64,000 nt of DNA from Mesorhizobium sp. ZC-5 (GCF_025753855.1 NZ_JAOWPT010000004.1:167871-231870); one strand, 5' to 3'. Positions 44,348 to 54,787 are shown, counted from the first letter of the stretch. Translations and numbers: made by a program. The notes: generated by a model not told the origin, from the sequence alone.

Positions 44348-45826
44348 ATGAGAGCTTGGCAATCCATCCTCGCAGCTACGGCGGTTGCGCTGGCCTCCAG
44401 CACGATGGCGATGGCTGCGAGAACCGACCTGGTGCTCGGGGTTCCACTCGAACCGCCGCATCTCGACCCGACAGCCGGCGCCGCGGCAGCCATCGACGAG
44501 GTGCTCTACACCAACGTGTTCGAAGGCCTCACCCGTATCGGTTCCAAGGGCGAGGTTCTGCCTGCGCTTGCCGAAAGCTGGACCGTTTCCGACGACGGCA
44601 AGACCTATACGTTCAAGCTCCACACCGGCGTGAAATTCCATGACGGCAGCGATTTCAATGCCGACGACGTCAAGTTCTCACTCGACCGGGCTCGCGCCGA
44701 AAATTCGACCAATGCACAGAAAAAGCTGTTTGCCGCCATCGATACGGTCGAGGTCGTGGATCCCACGACAGTGAAGGTGTCGCTGAAGCACCCGGAGGGG
44801 CAGTTTCTCTACAATATGGGCATCGGCGACGCGATCATCGTGGCGCCGGAATCGGCCGAGACCAACAAGGAAAAGCCGATCGGCACCGGACCCTTCAAGT
44901 TCGACAGCTGGGCCAAGGGCTCCTCGATCAAGCTTTCCAAGACTGACGGCTACTGGGGCGATGCGGTTTTTCTCGACAAGGTCGAGTTCCGCATCGTGCC
45001 GGATGCCGCGGCGGCGATCCCCGCGCTGCTTTCCGGCGACGTGCAGGCTTTCCCGTTTTTCCAGCCTGACGGCGTCTCACAGATCGAGGGCGATCCGCGC
45101 TTCAAGGTGGTGATTGGCTCGACCGAAGGCGAGACGATCTTGACCATGAACAACAAGAAGCCGCCATTCGACAAGCTCGAGGTTCGCCAGGCGATCGCCT
45201 CGGCGATCGACCGCAAGGCGGTCATAGACGCCGCATCAAACGGACTCGGCCAGCCGATCGGCTCGTTCATGTCGCCTGCCAATCCGGCCTATGTCGACCT
45301 GACCGCCACCTATCCCCACGATGTCGCCAAGGCCAAGGAATATCTGAAGGCGGCCGGACTGGAAGGCGGCTTCAGTGCGACGATCAAATTACCGCCACCC
45401 TCCTATGCGCGGCTCGGCGGCGAGGTGATCGCCTCGCAACTGCGTGAGGTCGGCATCAACCTCGAGATTATCCCGGTCGAATGGGCCGACTGGCTGAGCA
45501 AAGTGTTCACCGACAAGGATTTCGACCTCACCATCGTCTCGCACACCGAGGCAAACGATATCGATATCTTTTCGCGGCCGGGCTACTATTTCCAGTATGA
45601 GAATCCAGAGTTCAACAAGTTGATCGAGGAACTCGCCGTCACCAACGACGAGGCCAAGCGCAACGAACTGCTGGGTTCGGCGCAGAAGATCCTCGCCCAA
45701 GACGTTCCGGCGGTCTTCCTGTACGAATTGCCGAAGGTCGGTGTCTGGGACGCCAAGCTGGAAGGGCTCTGGGACAACGCACCGATCCAGGCGAATGACC
45801 TGACCAAGGTGAAATGGCTAGAGTGA
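44348..45826 (+). CDS. ABC transporter substrate-binding protein, family 5 (DppA/OppA-like)
   Basis: Signal peptide MRAWQSILAATAVALASSTMAMA. 492 aa SBP_bac_5. Confidence 0.8.
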   Translation: MRAWQSILAATAVALASSTMAMAARTDLVLGVPLEPPHLDPTAGAAAAIDEVLYTNVFEGLTRIGSKGEVLPALAESWTVSDDGKTYTFKLHTGVKFHDGSDFNADDVKFSLDRARAENSTNAQKKLFAAIDTVEVVDPTTVKVSLKHPEGQFLYNMGIGDAIIVAPESAETNKEKPIGTGPFKFDSWAKGSSIKLSKTDGYWGDAVFLDKVEFRIVPDAAAAIPALLSGDVQAFPFFQPDGVSQIEGDPRFKVVIGSTEGETILTMNNKKPPFDKLEVRQAIASAIDRKAVIDAASNGLGQPIGSFMSPANPAYVDLTATYPHDVAKAKEYLKAAGLEGGFSATIKLPPPSYARLGGEVIASQLREVGINLEIIPVEWADWLSKVFTDKDFDLTIVSHTEANDIDIFSRPGYYFQYENPEFNKLIEELAVTNDEAKRNELLGSAQKILAQDVPAVFLYELPKVGVWDAKLEGLWDNAPIQANDLTKVKWLE

Positions 45827-45851
45827 GCAGGCCGTCCGCGACCTGACATCC

Positions 45852-46799
45852 ATGACCGCATATCTCCTGAAGCGCCTGCTGATCGGCCTGGCGACGCTGG
45901 TGGTGGCGTCGCTGGTCGTTTTCGGCGTGCTTGAGATCCTGCCCGGAGACCCCGCCCGACTGATGCTCGGCTTCGAGGCCACCGAGGATGCGATCCAGGC
46001 CCTGCGCGTCGAGATGGGCCTCGACCAGCCTCTGCTGTGGCGCTACCTCGACTGGGTGGGGGGATTGCTGACCCTCGATTTCGGCCGGTCGTACACCTAT
46101 TCGGTGCCGGTCATCGACCTCGTGTCCGAACGTGTCGTGGTGTCGCTGCCACTCGCCCTTATCGCGCTGACGCTGTCGACGGCAATCGCCATCCCGGTCG
46201 GCGTTTTCTCCGCATCGCGGCGCGGCCGTCCCGCCGACACGATCTCGATGGGAGCGGCGCAGGTCGGCGTCGCGGTGCCCAATTTCTGGTTTGCGCTGCT
46301 ATTGATCTATGTGTTTGCCGTATGGCTGCGGCTGGTGCCGGCAGGCGGCTTTCCCGGCTGGAGCGCCGGCGCCTGGCCGGCGCTGAAGGCATTGATGCTA
46401 CCGGCTGTCGCGCTGGCGTTGCCGCAGGCTGCGATCCTTGCGCGCGTCACCCGCTCGGCGCTGCTGGAAGTGCTCGGGGAAGACTATATCCGCACCGCGC
46501 GCGCCAAGGGCATGCCGCGGCGCACGGTGCTGTGGCGGCACGCGCTGCGCAACGCCATGATCCCCGTTCTGACCATCCTCGGCCTGCAATTCGCCTTCCT
46601 GCTCGCCGGCACCATCATCATCGAGAACGTCTTCTATCTGCCGGGGCTCGGCCGGCTGGTCTTCCAGGCGATCACCCAGCGCGACCTTATCGTCGTCGAG
46701 AGCGTCGTCATGCTGCTGGTGGCGAGCGTCATCGTCGTCAATCTCCTCGTCGACCTCTCCTACGCGCTTGTCGATCCGCGCCTGAGGGTCAATCGATGA
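45852..46799 (+). CDS. ABC transporter permease (DppB-like)
   Basis: 315 aa, 6 TM, BPD_transp_1 family. Confidence 0.85.
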   Translation: MTAYLLKRLLIGLATLVVASLVVFGVLEILPGDPARLMLGFEATEDAIQALRVEMGLDQPLLWRYLDWVGGLLTLDFGRSYTYSVPVIDLVSERVVVSLPLALIALTLSTAIAIPVGVFSASRRGRPADTISMGAAQVGVAVPNFWFALLLIYVFAVWLRLVPAGGFPGWSAGAWPALKALMLPAVALALPQAAILARVTRSALLEVLGEDYIRTARAKGMPRRTVLWRHALRNAMIPVLTILGLQFAFLLAGTIIIENVFYLPGLGRLVFQAITQRDLIVVESVVMLLVASVIVVNLLVDLSYALVDPRLRVNR

Positions 46800-47665
46800 C
46801 CGACAGCACTGACTTCCGGAGCGAGACATTCGGCAGCTTCGCCGCGAAGGCATTTGCCAACAGGTCGTTCCTTGCCGGCTTCGTCATAACCGTGCTGATC
46901 GCGGCAATGGCATTGCTGTCGTTCCTGTGGACGCCCTACGACGTCACCAGGCTGATCGTCGCGGACCGCATGCAGGCGCCATCGGCGGTGCATCTTTTCG
47001 GCACCGACCATTTCGGCCGCGATGTCCTTTCCATGATCATGGTTGGCGCGCGCAACTCGATCGCCGTGGCGCTCGTCGCCGTCGGCATCGGCATGGGGAT
47101 CGGCGTGCCGCTCGGCTGCTGGGCGGCGGCGCGCGGCGGGCTTGCCGATGAAATCCTGATGCGCTTCAACGACCTTGTCTTCGCCTTCCCGGCGCTGCTG
47201 TCGGCGATCATGATCACTGCGATCTTCGGGCCGGGCGCCGTCAACGCCATCATCGCCATCGGCATCTTCAACATACCGGTGTTCGCCCGCGTGGCGCGTG
47301 CCGGCGCGCTGTCGCTATGGCCGCGCGAATTCATCCTTGCCGCGCGTGCCGCCGGCAAAGGCAAGGCGCTGATCACCATCGAGCATATCCTGCCCAACAT
47401 CGCCAACCTGCTGCTCGTGCAGGGCACCATCCAGTTCGCACTCGGCATCCTCGCCGAAGCCGGGCTTTCCTATCTCGGGCTCGGCGCGCAGCCGCCAATG
47501 CCGAGCTGGGGCCGCATGCTGTTCGACGCGCAGACCCGCATGATCGTGGCGCCCTATCTCGCCATCTTCCCCGGCTTCGCCATCGTCTTCACGGTGCTCG
47601 GCCTCAACTTGCTCGGCGATGGCCTCAGCGACGTGCTCGACCCCAAACTGAGGCGCCAGCGGTGA
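46796..47665 (+). CDS. ABC transporter permease (DppC-like)
   Basis: ATG overlaps the dppB-like stop (ATGA). 289 aa. Confidence 0.85.
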   Translation: MTDSTDFRSETFGSFAAKAFANRSFLAGFVITVLIAAMALLSFLWTPYDVTRLIVADRMQAPSAVHLFGTDHFGRDVLSMIMVGARNSIAVALVAVGIGMGIGVPLGCWAAARGGLADEILMRFNDLVFAFPALLSAIMITAIFGPGAVNAIIAIGIFNIPVFARVARAGALSLWPREFILAARAAGKGKALITIEHILPNIANLLLVQGTIQFALGILAEAGLSYLGLGAQPPMPSWGRMLFDAQTRMIVAPYLAIFPGFAIVFTVLGLNLLGDGLSDVLDPKLRRQR

Positions 47666-49287
47666 GCCTGCTCGAGATCGAAAACCTGTCGGTCGAGATC
47701 GATGGCACGCCGATCCTGCGCGACATCGACCTGACCATCGACCAAGGCGAAGTGATGGGGTTGGTCGGCGAAAGCGGCTCCGGCAAATCCATTACCGCGC
47801 TGACCGTGATGCGGCTTTTGCCTTATGCCGCCCGCGCCGCGGGCCGGGTGAGCTTCAACGGCATCGACATTCTCGCGGCAAGCGAAGACCAGATGTGCGC
47901 TCTGCGCGGCGACGACATCGGCATGGTGTTCCAGGAGCCGATGACGGCGCTCAATCCGGTCAAGACAATCGGCGAGCAGGTGGCCGAGGGCATCCGCTGG
48001 CATACCCGCGCCAACCGGGCAGATGCAGAGGCGCATGCGCGCAGGATCCTCGACCGCGTCGGCCTGCCGGAATCCAAATTTCCGCTCTCCTGCTATCCGC
48101 ACGAACTTTCCGGCGGCCAGCGCCAGCGCGTCGTCATCGCCATCGCTTGCGCATTGAAGCCGAAGTTGCTGATCGCCGACGAGCCGACCACGGCGCTCGA
48201 TGTCGTGTTGCAGAAGCAGATCCTCGAACTGCTGCGCGACCTTGTCGACGAAAACCGCATGGGCCTGCTTTTGATTTCGCACGATCTGGCGGTGGTGACC
48301 GACATGGCCGACCGCATCACCGTGATGCGGCACGGCGAGGTGATGGAAAGCGGCGATACCGCGCGCACCCTGTCGGAGCAGGTGCATCCCTATACGCGGC
48401 AACTGGCACAGGCCTCGATGCATGTGCCGGTGCGCGCCAAACCGCACGGCGTGTCGGGTAGTGGCGAGATGCTGCTCGAGGTGAAAAACGTCAGCCGCGA
48501 CTATCCCGGCCGCCGCACATCGTTCTTGCGCAAGGCGGAGCCGTTGCGCGCCGTCGACAATGTCTCGTTCTCGATGCGGCCCGGCCAGTCGACGGCGCTG
48601 GTCGGTCGTTCCGGTTGTGGAAAATCCACGCTCGCCCGCATGATCCTGGCGCTCGACAAATCGACCGCCGGCGAAATCCGTTTCACCGGCGAGACACTGA
48701 CCGGCAAGGACGAAGCCGCGTTGAAACCCGCGCGCCGCAACATGCAGGTCGTGTTCCAGGACCCGTACGGCTCATTCAACCCGCGTCACAAGGTCGAGCG
48801 CCTTGTCGCCGAACCGCTGCACCTGCTCGAAAAGAAGCCGAACTCGGCGGAGCGGCGCGAAAAAGTGGCTGCGGCGCTGCATGAAGTCGGTCTTAGCCCG
48901 CGCGACATGGATAAATACCCGCACGAGTTTTCCGGCGGACAGCGCCAGCGTCTGTCGATCGCGCGTGCCATCATCACGCGGCCGAAACTCGTCGTCGCCG
49001 ACGAACCCGTGTCGGCGCTCGACGTCTCGATCCGCGCCCAGATCCTCGACCTGTTCGCCGACCTCAACAGCCGGCTCGGCGTCGCCTATCTCTTCATCAC
49101 CCACGACCTGACGGTGGCGCGCGCCATCACCGACGACGTGATGGTGATGCATGAGGGCAAGATCGTGGAGAGCGGCAGGACGAATGACGTGCTCGACCAT
49201 CCGCAATCGGAAGCTGCCAAAGCGCTGGTAGCGGCTGCGCCCGACCTGCACCGCGCCATCGCACGACGATTACAAGAACAGGGCTGA
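47662..49287 (+). CDS. Fused double ABC ATPase (DppD-DppF-type)
   Basis: GTG overlaps the upstream stop. Two complete ABC domains: GESGSGKS ... LSGGQRQR ... LIADEP and GRSGCGKST ... FSGGQRQR ... VVADEP. Confidence 0.85.
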   Translation: MSLLEIENLSVEIDGTPILRDIDLTIDQGEVMGLVGESGSGKSITALTVMRLLPYAARAAGRVSFNGIDILAASEDQMCALRGDDIGMVFQEPMTALNPVKTIGEQVAEGIRWHTRANRADAEAHARRILDRVGLPESKFPLSCYPHELSGGQRQRVVIAIACALKPKLLIADEPTTALDVVLQKQILELLRDLVDENRMGLLLISHDLAVVTDMADRITVMRHGEVMESGDTARTLSEQVHPYTRQLAQASMHVPVRAKPHGVSGSGEMLLEVKNVSRDYPGRRTSFLRKAEPLRAVDNVSFSMRPGQSTALVGRSGCGKSTLARMILALDKSTAGEIRFTGETLTGKDEAALKPARRNMQVVFQDPYGSFNPRHKVERLVAEPLHLLEKKPNSAERREKVAAALHEVGLSPRDMDKYPHEFSGGQRQRLSIARAIITRPKLVVADEPVSALDVSIRAQILDLFADLNSRLGVAYLFITHDLTVARAITDDVMVMHEGKIVESGRTNDVLDHPQSEAAKALVAAAPDLHRAIARRLQEQG

Positions 49288-49288
49288 T

Positions 49289-49720
49289 TCAGGTTTTCGA
49301 CTGCACCAGGTCGTTCGGATCGACGCCCAGAAGCTCGAGGGTGCGCTTCAGAAGCCGTATCTCCTGCTCGGCAAGCTGGGTATCCGCCTTGGCGATCGCC
49401 GCCATGTGGCGGGCGAGAGTCTTGCGGCGGTCGAGATCGAGCCCGCGGAAAAGATCGACCGCCTGGGTCCCGCTTGTCTCGTAGCCAAAGTCGTTCAAAT
49501 AGTCGACGACACCGTCGATGCTCTCGCCTTCGATGCCGAAAGCATCGCGGCAGATACGCCGGAACGTTGCCATCTCATTGTCATCGACCTTGCCGTCGGC
49601 CAGGATCATGCGGAAGAGCAGCAGCAGTTCGGCTGAAAGCACCGGATCGTCGGCGACCTTGCGGACGCCTGGATCGCCCTCGATCATCATGCGCACCCTG
49701 GCGAGAACACTGTCCAGCAT
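49289..49720 (-). CDS. TerB-like / DjlA N-terminal-like domain protein
   Basis: 143 aa from MLDSVLARVR. The upstream part of ORF 49289..50671 is antisense to the TSUP gene and is an artefact. Confidence 0.5.
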   Translation of the reverse strand: MLDSVLARVRMMIEGDPGVRKVADDPVLSAELLLLFRMILADGKVDDNEMATFRRICRDAFGIEGESIDGVVDYLNDFGYETSGTQAVDLFRGLDLDRRKTLARHMAAIAKADTQLAEQEIRLLKRTLELLGVDPNDLVQSKT

Positions 49721-49831
49721 CGGCAATCCCCTGAGTTGGTCGCCTGCGAACGTAGCGCGAAATGCAACTTGCGCAAGCGCCTCCGCTATGGTCGAAGCGG
49801 CGGCCCGCCACAAGTATAACGTTGCCTCTCG

Positions 49832-50617
49832 ATGATCGATCCCGCCACCGATATCATCCTGCTGCTTTGCATCGCCGCCTTCTGCGGCGGTTTCATCGAT
49901 TCGATCGCCGGGGGCGGCGGGCTGATCACCGTGCCGGCCCTGCTGCTGGCCGGCTTCAGCCCGGTCCAGGCCCTTGCCACCAACAAGCTGCAAGGCGTGT
50001 TCGGTACGGGCGCTGCAACCATCACCTATGCCTCGAAAGGCCTGGTCGATCTGCGCCGCCAATTGGTCCCGGCCGTCCTGTCCTGCGCCGGTTCGGTGGT
50101 CGGCGCTCTGGTCGCCACGGTGATTCCCGGCGACCTTCTGCGCATCGCCCTGCCCTTCCTTTTGATCGCCATAGCGATCTATTTCGTCCTCAAGCCCAAC
50201 ATGGATGATATCGACCGCGCCGAGCGCATGTCGCCATTTCTGTTCGGGTTGAGCATCGTGCCGCTGATCGGCTTCTACGACGGCATGTTCGGTCCTGGCG
50301 CCGGTTCCTTCTTCATGCTGGCGTTCGTTTCCCTCGCCGGCTACGGGGTCCTGAAGGCAACGGCCCACACCAAGCTGCTGAACTTTGCTTCCAACGTTGG
50401 CGGCCTGGCCTTTTTCGCCGCCGTCGGCGCGGTGTCGTGGAAAGTCGGCCTGATGATGGGCGTGGTGCAGGTTCTCGGCGCCCGCATGGGAGCGAGGCTT
50501 GCCATGAAGAACGGCGCCAAACTGATAAAGCCCTTGCTGGTGATCGTATGCGTGGCGTTGGCACTGCGGCTGCTGCTCGATCCGGCACACCCCTTGCGTG
50601 TAATGATTGGCGGCTAA
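49832..50617 (+). CDS. TSUP-family (TauE/SafE) anion exporter
   Basis: 261 aa, 8 TM, duplicated GxxxG-rich halves. Confidence 0.8.
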   Translation: MIDPATDIILLLCIAAFCGGFIDSIAGGGGLITVPALLLAGFSPVQALATNKLQGVFGTGAATITYASKGLVDLRRQLVPAVLSCAGSVVGALVATVIPGDLLRIALPFLLIAIAIYFVLKPNMDDIDRAERMSPFLFGLSIVPLIGFYDGMFGPGAGSFFMLAFVSLAGYGVLKATAHTKLLNFASNVGGLAFFAAVGAVSWKVGLMMGVVQVLGARMGARLAMKNGAKLIKPLLVIVCVALALRLLLDPAHPLRVMIGG

Positions 50618-50669
50618 CCCGCATAGGAATAGACTTTCCTTGTACGACTCACCGTACGAGGAGGAAGTC

Positions 50670-50840
50670 ATGAATCTCAGTGCACCAACCCAACTCGTCT
50701 ACATTGTCTCGCTGGTTGTCGCCGTCATCGGCTTGTTGGCCGGACTCGGTGTCGTTTCGTTCATTCCAATTGCGGCTTTCTGGATCATGACGATCGCCTA
50801 TGTGATCCTCGCGGTCGCCTGCCTGCTGCGCGGCGCGTGA
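50670..50840 (+). CDS. Small hydrophobic protein (56 aa, 2 TM)
   Basis: Strong RBS gaggagg is 5 nt before the ATG. MNLSAPTQLVYIVSLVVAVIGLLAGLGVVSFIPIAAFWIMTIAYVILAVACLLRGA. Confidence 0.45.
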   Translation: MNLSAPTQLVYIVSLVVAVIGLLAGLGVVSFIPIAAFWIMTIAYVILAVACLLRGA

Positions 50841-50905
50841 CGGGATTGCGGACGACGCTGATCCAGTCTCTTTGAGGCCGCTGCATCATCGCCTATGATG
50901 ATGCG

Positions 50906-51745
50906 ATGATGCCCTGGGTTGAGACCGCGGCTGGTCCGCTCCCGCCTGTCGAAGGCGGATTCACGATGAAGCGCCGGGCGCCGAACCCGGCGCTGCAGGG
51001 TGATGTTGTCGACATCATCGGCTATCAGGAGCATCTCGCCGGACATTTCCGCCAGATCGAACCGGCTTCGCTCGTCGTGCCGTTGATCATCAGTTTCGGC
51101 GACCCTTTCTCCATAGGGCTCGGGCGACTGCCCAGCCGAAACGATTCTTACGGCAGTTTCGCAGCCGGCCTCTACGGCGGTCCGGTGGTCATCGATTCTT
51201 TCGGATCTGCCTGTTGTATACAGGTGAACTTCACGCCACCCGGCGCCTACCGGTTCTTCGGCCTGCCGATGCACGAGCTTGCCGACCGCATGGTCGCGCT
51301 GGACGACATCCATGGCAGCGATGCGATCACCCTGCGCGACCGGCTTGGCGAACAACGGGAATGGGAACGGCGTTTCGATCTGATCGAGGCTTTCATCCAG
51401 CCACGCCTTGCCGCTTCTGAAGGTCCTTTGTCGGCGACCGCCTGGGCTTATGCCGAATTGCTGCGGAGCAGCGGCACGGAGCGCGTCGAAACCATTGCCG
51501 GCAAGCTCGAATGGAGCCGCAAGCACCTGGCGGCAAAATTCCATGCCGAAATCGGCCTCGCGCCAAAGACCGTCGGCCGCATGGCCCGCTTCAACCGGGC
51601 AATTCGTCTCGCGCGTCGCCGCAGCGACGGCGGCTGGGCCGGCATCGCCGCCGAGTGCGGCTACGCCGACCAGGCGCATCTGGTACGCGAATTCGTGGAA
51701 TTCGCCGGCGAAACGCCAGGCACATGGGCTGCACGCCTGGTCTAG
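50906..51745 (+). CDS. AraC-family transcriptional regulator
   Basis: C-terminal HTH_18 (IAAECGYADQAHLVREFVEFAGETP). Confidence 0.7.
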   Translation: MMPWVETAAGPLPPVEGGFTMKRRAPNPALQGDVVDIIGYQEHLAGHFRQIEPASLVVPLIISFGDPFSIGLGRLPSRNDSYGSFAAGLYGGPVVIDSFGSACCIQVNFTPPGAYRFFGLPMHELADRMVALDDIHGSDAITLRDRLGEQREWERRFDLIEAFIQPRLAASEGPLSATAWAYAELLRSSGTERVETIAGKLEWSRKHLAAKFHAEIGLAPKTVGRMARFNRAIRLARRRSDGGWAGIAAECGYADQAHLVREFVEFAGETPGTWAARLV

Positions 51746-51836
51746 CAAGGCCAACGGCGAGGTAACATTTCTTCAAGACGCCGATCCCGCTAGCCACCAT
51801 TCTGTCACCAGCTCAGAATCGCAGGGAGACAAAAAT

Positions 51837-52265
51837 ATGGCCGCCAACGGACCGATCGAAGCGCCGCGCATCTACGCGACCTTGCGATACAACAATGCCG
51901 GCAAGATGATCGACTGGCTGCAGGAGGCGTTCGGTTTCACCGTTCATGCCCGCTACGGCGAAGGCGATATCGTCGATCATGCCCAACTCGCCTTCGGATC
52001 GTCGATGATCATGATCGGGACGGCGCGCGACGACGGGTTCTGCAAGATCGTCGGCTGGCCCGGGCAGAACGGCGGCAAAGCGATCTATATCGCCGTCGAC
52101 GATGCCGACGCCATGCATACCCGCGCCAAGGCCGCCGGCGCGATCATCGAGGAAGAGCCGACCGACCGCGATTACGGCAGCCGCGAATTCATCTGCCGCG
52201 ACCCCGAAGGCAACATCTGGTCGTTCGGAACCTACTGGCCGAAGGCGCATGAAAAAGCCGGGTGA
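51837..52265 (+). CDS. VOC / glyoxalase-bleomycin-resistance family protein
   Basis: 142 aa from MAANGPIEAPRIYATLRY after RBS gggag. Confidence 0.7.
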   Translation: MAANGPIEAPRIYATLRYNNAGKMIDWLQEAFGFTVHARYGEGDIVDHAQLAFGSSMIMIGTARDDGFCKIVGWPGQNGGKAIYIAVDDADAMHTRAKAAGAIIEEEPTDRDYGSREFICRDPEGNIWSFGTYWPKAHEKAG

Positions 52266-52674
52266 AACCGCAGCCCAGCCGGTTCAGGCTGGCGCAATCG
52301 TTATCGCGCCTGAAGCGGGGCGAACCTACGACCTCGGCGGCATGCGCGCCGTGTTCAAGGCCGACGGTGCTGAGACGAGCGACCGCTATTCGGTTTCGGA
52401 ATGGTGGCTGGATCCGCACACCACCGGGCCGGGGGCGCATCACCACGAAACCAATGACGAAATCTTCTACGTGATCGAGGGCACGCCCAGCCTGCTCATC
52501 GGAGAAGAATGGGTTACCGCCTCGCGCGGCGCATTCTTCCGCATTCCCGCCGGCACGACGCACGACTTCGAGAATCGTACCGGGGAACGGGCCGCCCTGC
52601 TGAATTTTTTCATACCGGGCGGCTTCGAGAAGAACATGCCCGCCATCGTCGAATGGTTCCGGCAGCAGACCTAG
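52250..52674 (+). CDS. Cupin-domain protein
   Basis: Motifs HHHETNDEIFYVIEG and TTHDFEN. Overlaps the glyoxalase gene by 16 nt. Confidence 0.6.
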
Positions 52675-54140
52675 CGCGCCAATCCGAAGATCGCGTCGCA
52701 GTCGAGATGTTTTTCGAGATGAACGGCGATCGCGTCGAGTGCGCGGTCGACCTCGGCGCGGTAGTCGATGCCGCCGCCGACGATGCCGAGGGATTCAAGG
52801 AAGCGGGCCCGGAAGGCGTCGGCGCCGAACAGGCCGTGCAGATAGGTGCCGAAAACCTTGCCATCCGCCGAGGTGGCTCCATCGTCGATCCCGTTTATGA
52901 CGACCGAGGGGCGCAGGCAATCGGGGCCGAACGTGCGGCCGAGATGGATTTCATAGCCGGAAAGTGGGCTACCGAAAGTCGCCGAATGGGCGGTGACATT
53001 GCGTACGGTCTTCTCCGGTTCCATCACCGTCTCGACATCGAGCAGTCCGAGGCCCTTGGTTTCCGTGACTGTTCCTTCGATGCCGTCGGGATCGCGCACC
53101 AGGGCGCCAAGCATCTGGTAGCCACCGCAGATGCCGACGACATGGCCGCCCCGCCGCCGATGGTCGGCAAGATCGCGGTCCCAGCCGTTCTCGCGGAACC
53201 TCAGAAGATCGCCGATCGTCGATTTCGAACCGGGAATGACGACCAGGCCGGCATCAGCCGGCAGCGATTTGCCGGGCGGCACGAACACCACTTCGACCTG
53301 CGGTTCGGCACGCAACGGATCGAGATCGTCGAAATTCGCGATGCGGTCGAGCATCGGCACCGCGACCTTCAGCGCCTTCCTGCGGCCGGAGGCCAGGCGC
53401 TCGAGAATGACGGAATCCTCCGATGGGAGCAGCGCCGCCTCCTTGAGCCACGGCACCACGCCAAAACAACGCCAGCCGGTGAAGCGTTCGATCGCCGTGA
53501 TCCCATCGTCGAACAGCGTGATATCGCCGCGAAACTTGTTGATGAGATAGCCCGCGATCATCTTCCGGTCCTCTTCCGGCAGGATCAGATGCGTGCCGGC
53601 GATCGATGCGATGACGCCGCCGCGGTCGATATCGCCGACAAGGATCACCGGTACGTCGGCGCGGGTGGCAAAGCCCATATTGGCAATGTCGCGGCTGCGC
53701 AGATTGATCTCGGCCGGCGAACCGGCGCCCTCCACGACAATGAGATCGGCGCCTTCGCCAAGTTTGCTCCAGGAATCCATCACCGCTTCAGCGAGTTTCG
53801 GCTTCAGCGCCTGATAGTCGCGCGCCCTCGCCTGCCCGTACACCTTGCCCTGCACGACAACCTGGGCGCCGATGTCGCTCTGCGGCTTCAACAGGACAGG
53901 GTTCATATGCACCGACGGCGCGACGCCGCAGGCGATTGCCTGCAGCCATTGCGCACGGCCGATCTCGCCGCCCGAAGCATCGCCGGGAATGTCGGCCACG
54001 GCGGCATTGTTCGACATGTTCTGCGGCTTGAACGGGCGCACCGCCATGCCGCGGTTTCTGGCGGCGCGGCAGAGCCCCGCGACCAGCACCGTCTTGCCGA
54101 CATCCGAGCCGGTGCCCTGCAGCATGATCGCCTTGGCCAT
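52671..54140 (-). CDS. cobQ: Cobyric acid synthase
   Basis: 489 aa. N-terminal P-loop GTGSDVGKT and a C-terminal glutamine amidotransferase domain (ICGGYQMLG). Confidence 0.85.
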   Translation of the reverse strand: MAKAIMLQGTGSDVGKTVLVAGLCRAARNRGMAVRPFKPQNMSNNAAVADIPGDASGGEIGRAQWLQAIACGVAPSVHMNPVLLKPQSDIGAQVVVQGKVYGQARARDYQALKPKLAEAVMDSWSKLGEGADLIVVEGAGSPAEINLRSRDIANMGFATRADVPVILVGDIDRGGVIASIAGTHLILPEEDRKMIAGYLINKFRGDITLFDDGITAIERFTGWRCFGVVPWLKEAALLPSEDSVILERLASGRRKALKVAVPMLDRIANFDDLDPLRAEPQVEVVFVPPGKSLPADAGLVVIPGSKSTIGDLLRFRENGWDRDLADHRRRGGHVVGICGGYQMLGALVRDPDGIEGTVTETKGLGLLDVETVMEPEKTVRNVTAHSATFGSPLSGYEIHLGRTFGPDCLRPSVVINGIDDGATSADGKVFGTYLHGLFGADAFRARFLESLGIVGGGIDYRAEVDRALDAIAVHLEKHLDCDAIFGLAR

Positions 54141-54142
54141 CG

Positions 54143-54787
54143 TTAGAGAGCCCCTTGCGTACCGGCTGCGCCGATCGTCGATTTTTGCGCCAGATCGCCG
54201 CCGCGCCAGAGATAAAGCGCCAGCAGCGGTTCATCGCCGGTGCGCATCGCGTGATTGACGTTGGAGGCGTGATGGATGATTTCGCCGCCGCGTCTCACCC
54301 GGAAATCGCCATCCCCCATGCGCCATTCGGCACCGCCGGTCAGCGGAATATAGATTTCCTCGGCAACGTGATGGTGGTCGGGGTAAACGACACCGGGACC
54401 GAGAATGAGGAAGCCGGCGGCGACAGTTTCATTGCGAAAATGGCCGCGCGTGCCGAACAGTTCGACCCAGCCGTAATTGTCGATGAAATGCTGGCCGAAA
54501 TCCGCCGCGGTGTAGGTCTGCCCCCAATGCAGCATTTCCGCACCGCCCGCCAAAAGTCCCGCCAATTCCTGTTCGGCAGGCGGAGCGAGTTCGGCGGCGC
54601 GCGGCAGATGCCGCAAGCAGGAAAGCGTGTTGGCTTCGAGCGTTCGCTCCGGCATCGTCCAGGCCATGTCGCCGATGAAATCCCGCACCGGTGCCGCATC
54701 TCTGCCCACAAGATAGTCACGGAAGGCTCGCAGCAGTTCGTCGAAAATTGTCGTCACGTCGTTTCCCGGCCATGCATTCATGCACAA
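54143..54787 (-). CDS. Cupin-domain protein, possibly DMSP-lyase (DddL)-like. It is co-directional with cobQ, and its stop lies 3 nt from the cobQ start.
   Basis: Motifs YPDHHHVAEEIY and IIHHASNVNHAM. 214 aa. Confidence 0.5.
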   Translation of the reverse strand: MCMNAWPGNDVTTIFDELLRAFRDYLVGRDAAPVRDFIGDMAWTMPERTLEANTLSCLRHLPRAAELAPPAEQELAGLLAGGAEMLHWGQTYTAADFGQHFIDNYGWVELFGTRGHFRNETVAAGFLILGPGVVYPDHHHVAEEIYIPLTGGAEWRMGDGDFRVRRGGEIIHHASNVNHAMRTGDEPLLALYLWRGGDLAQKSTIGAAGTQGAL

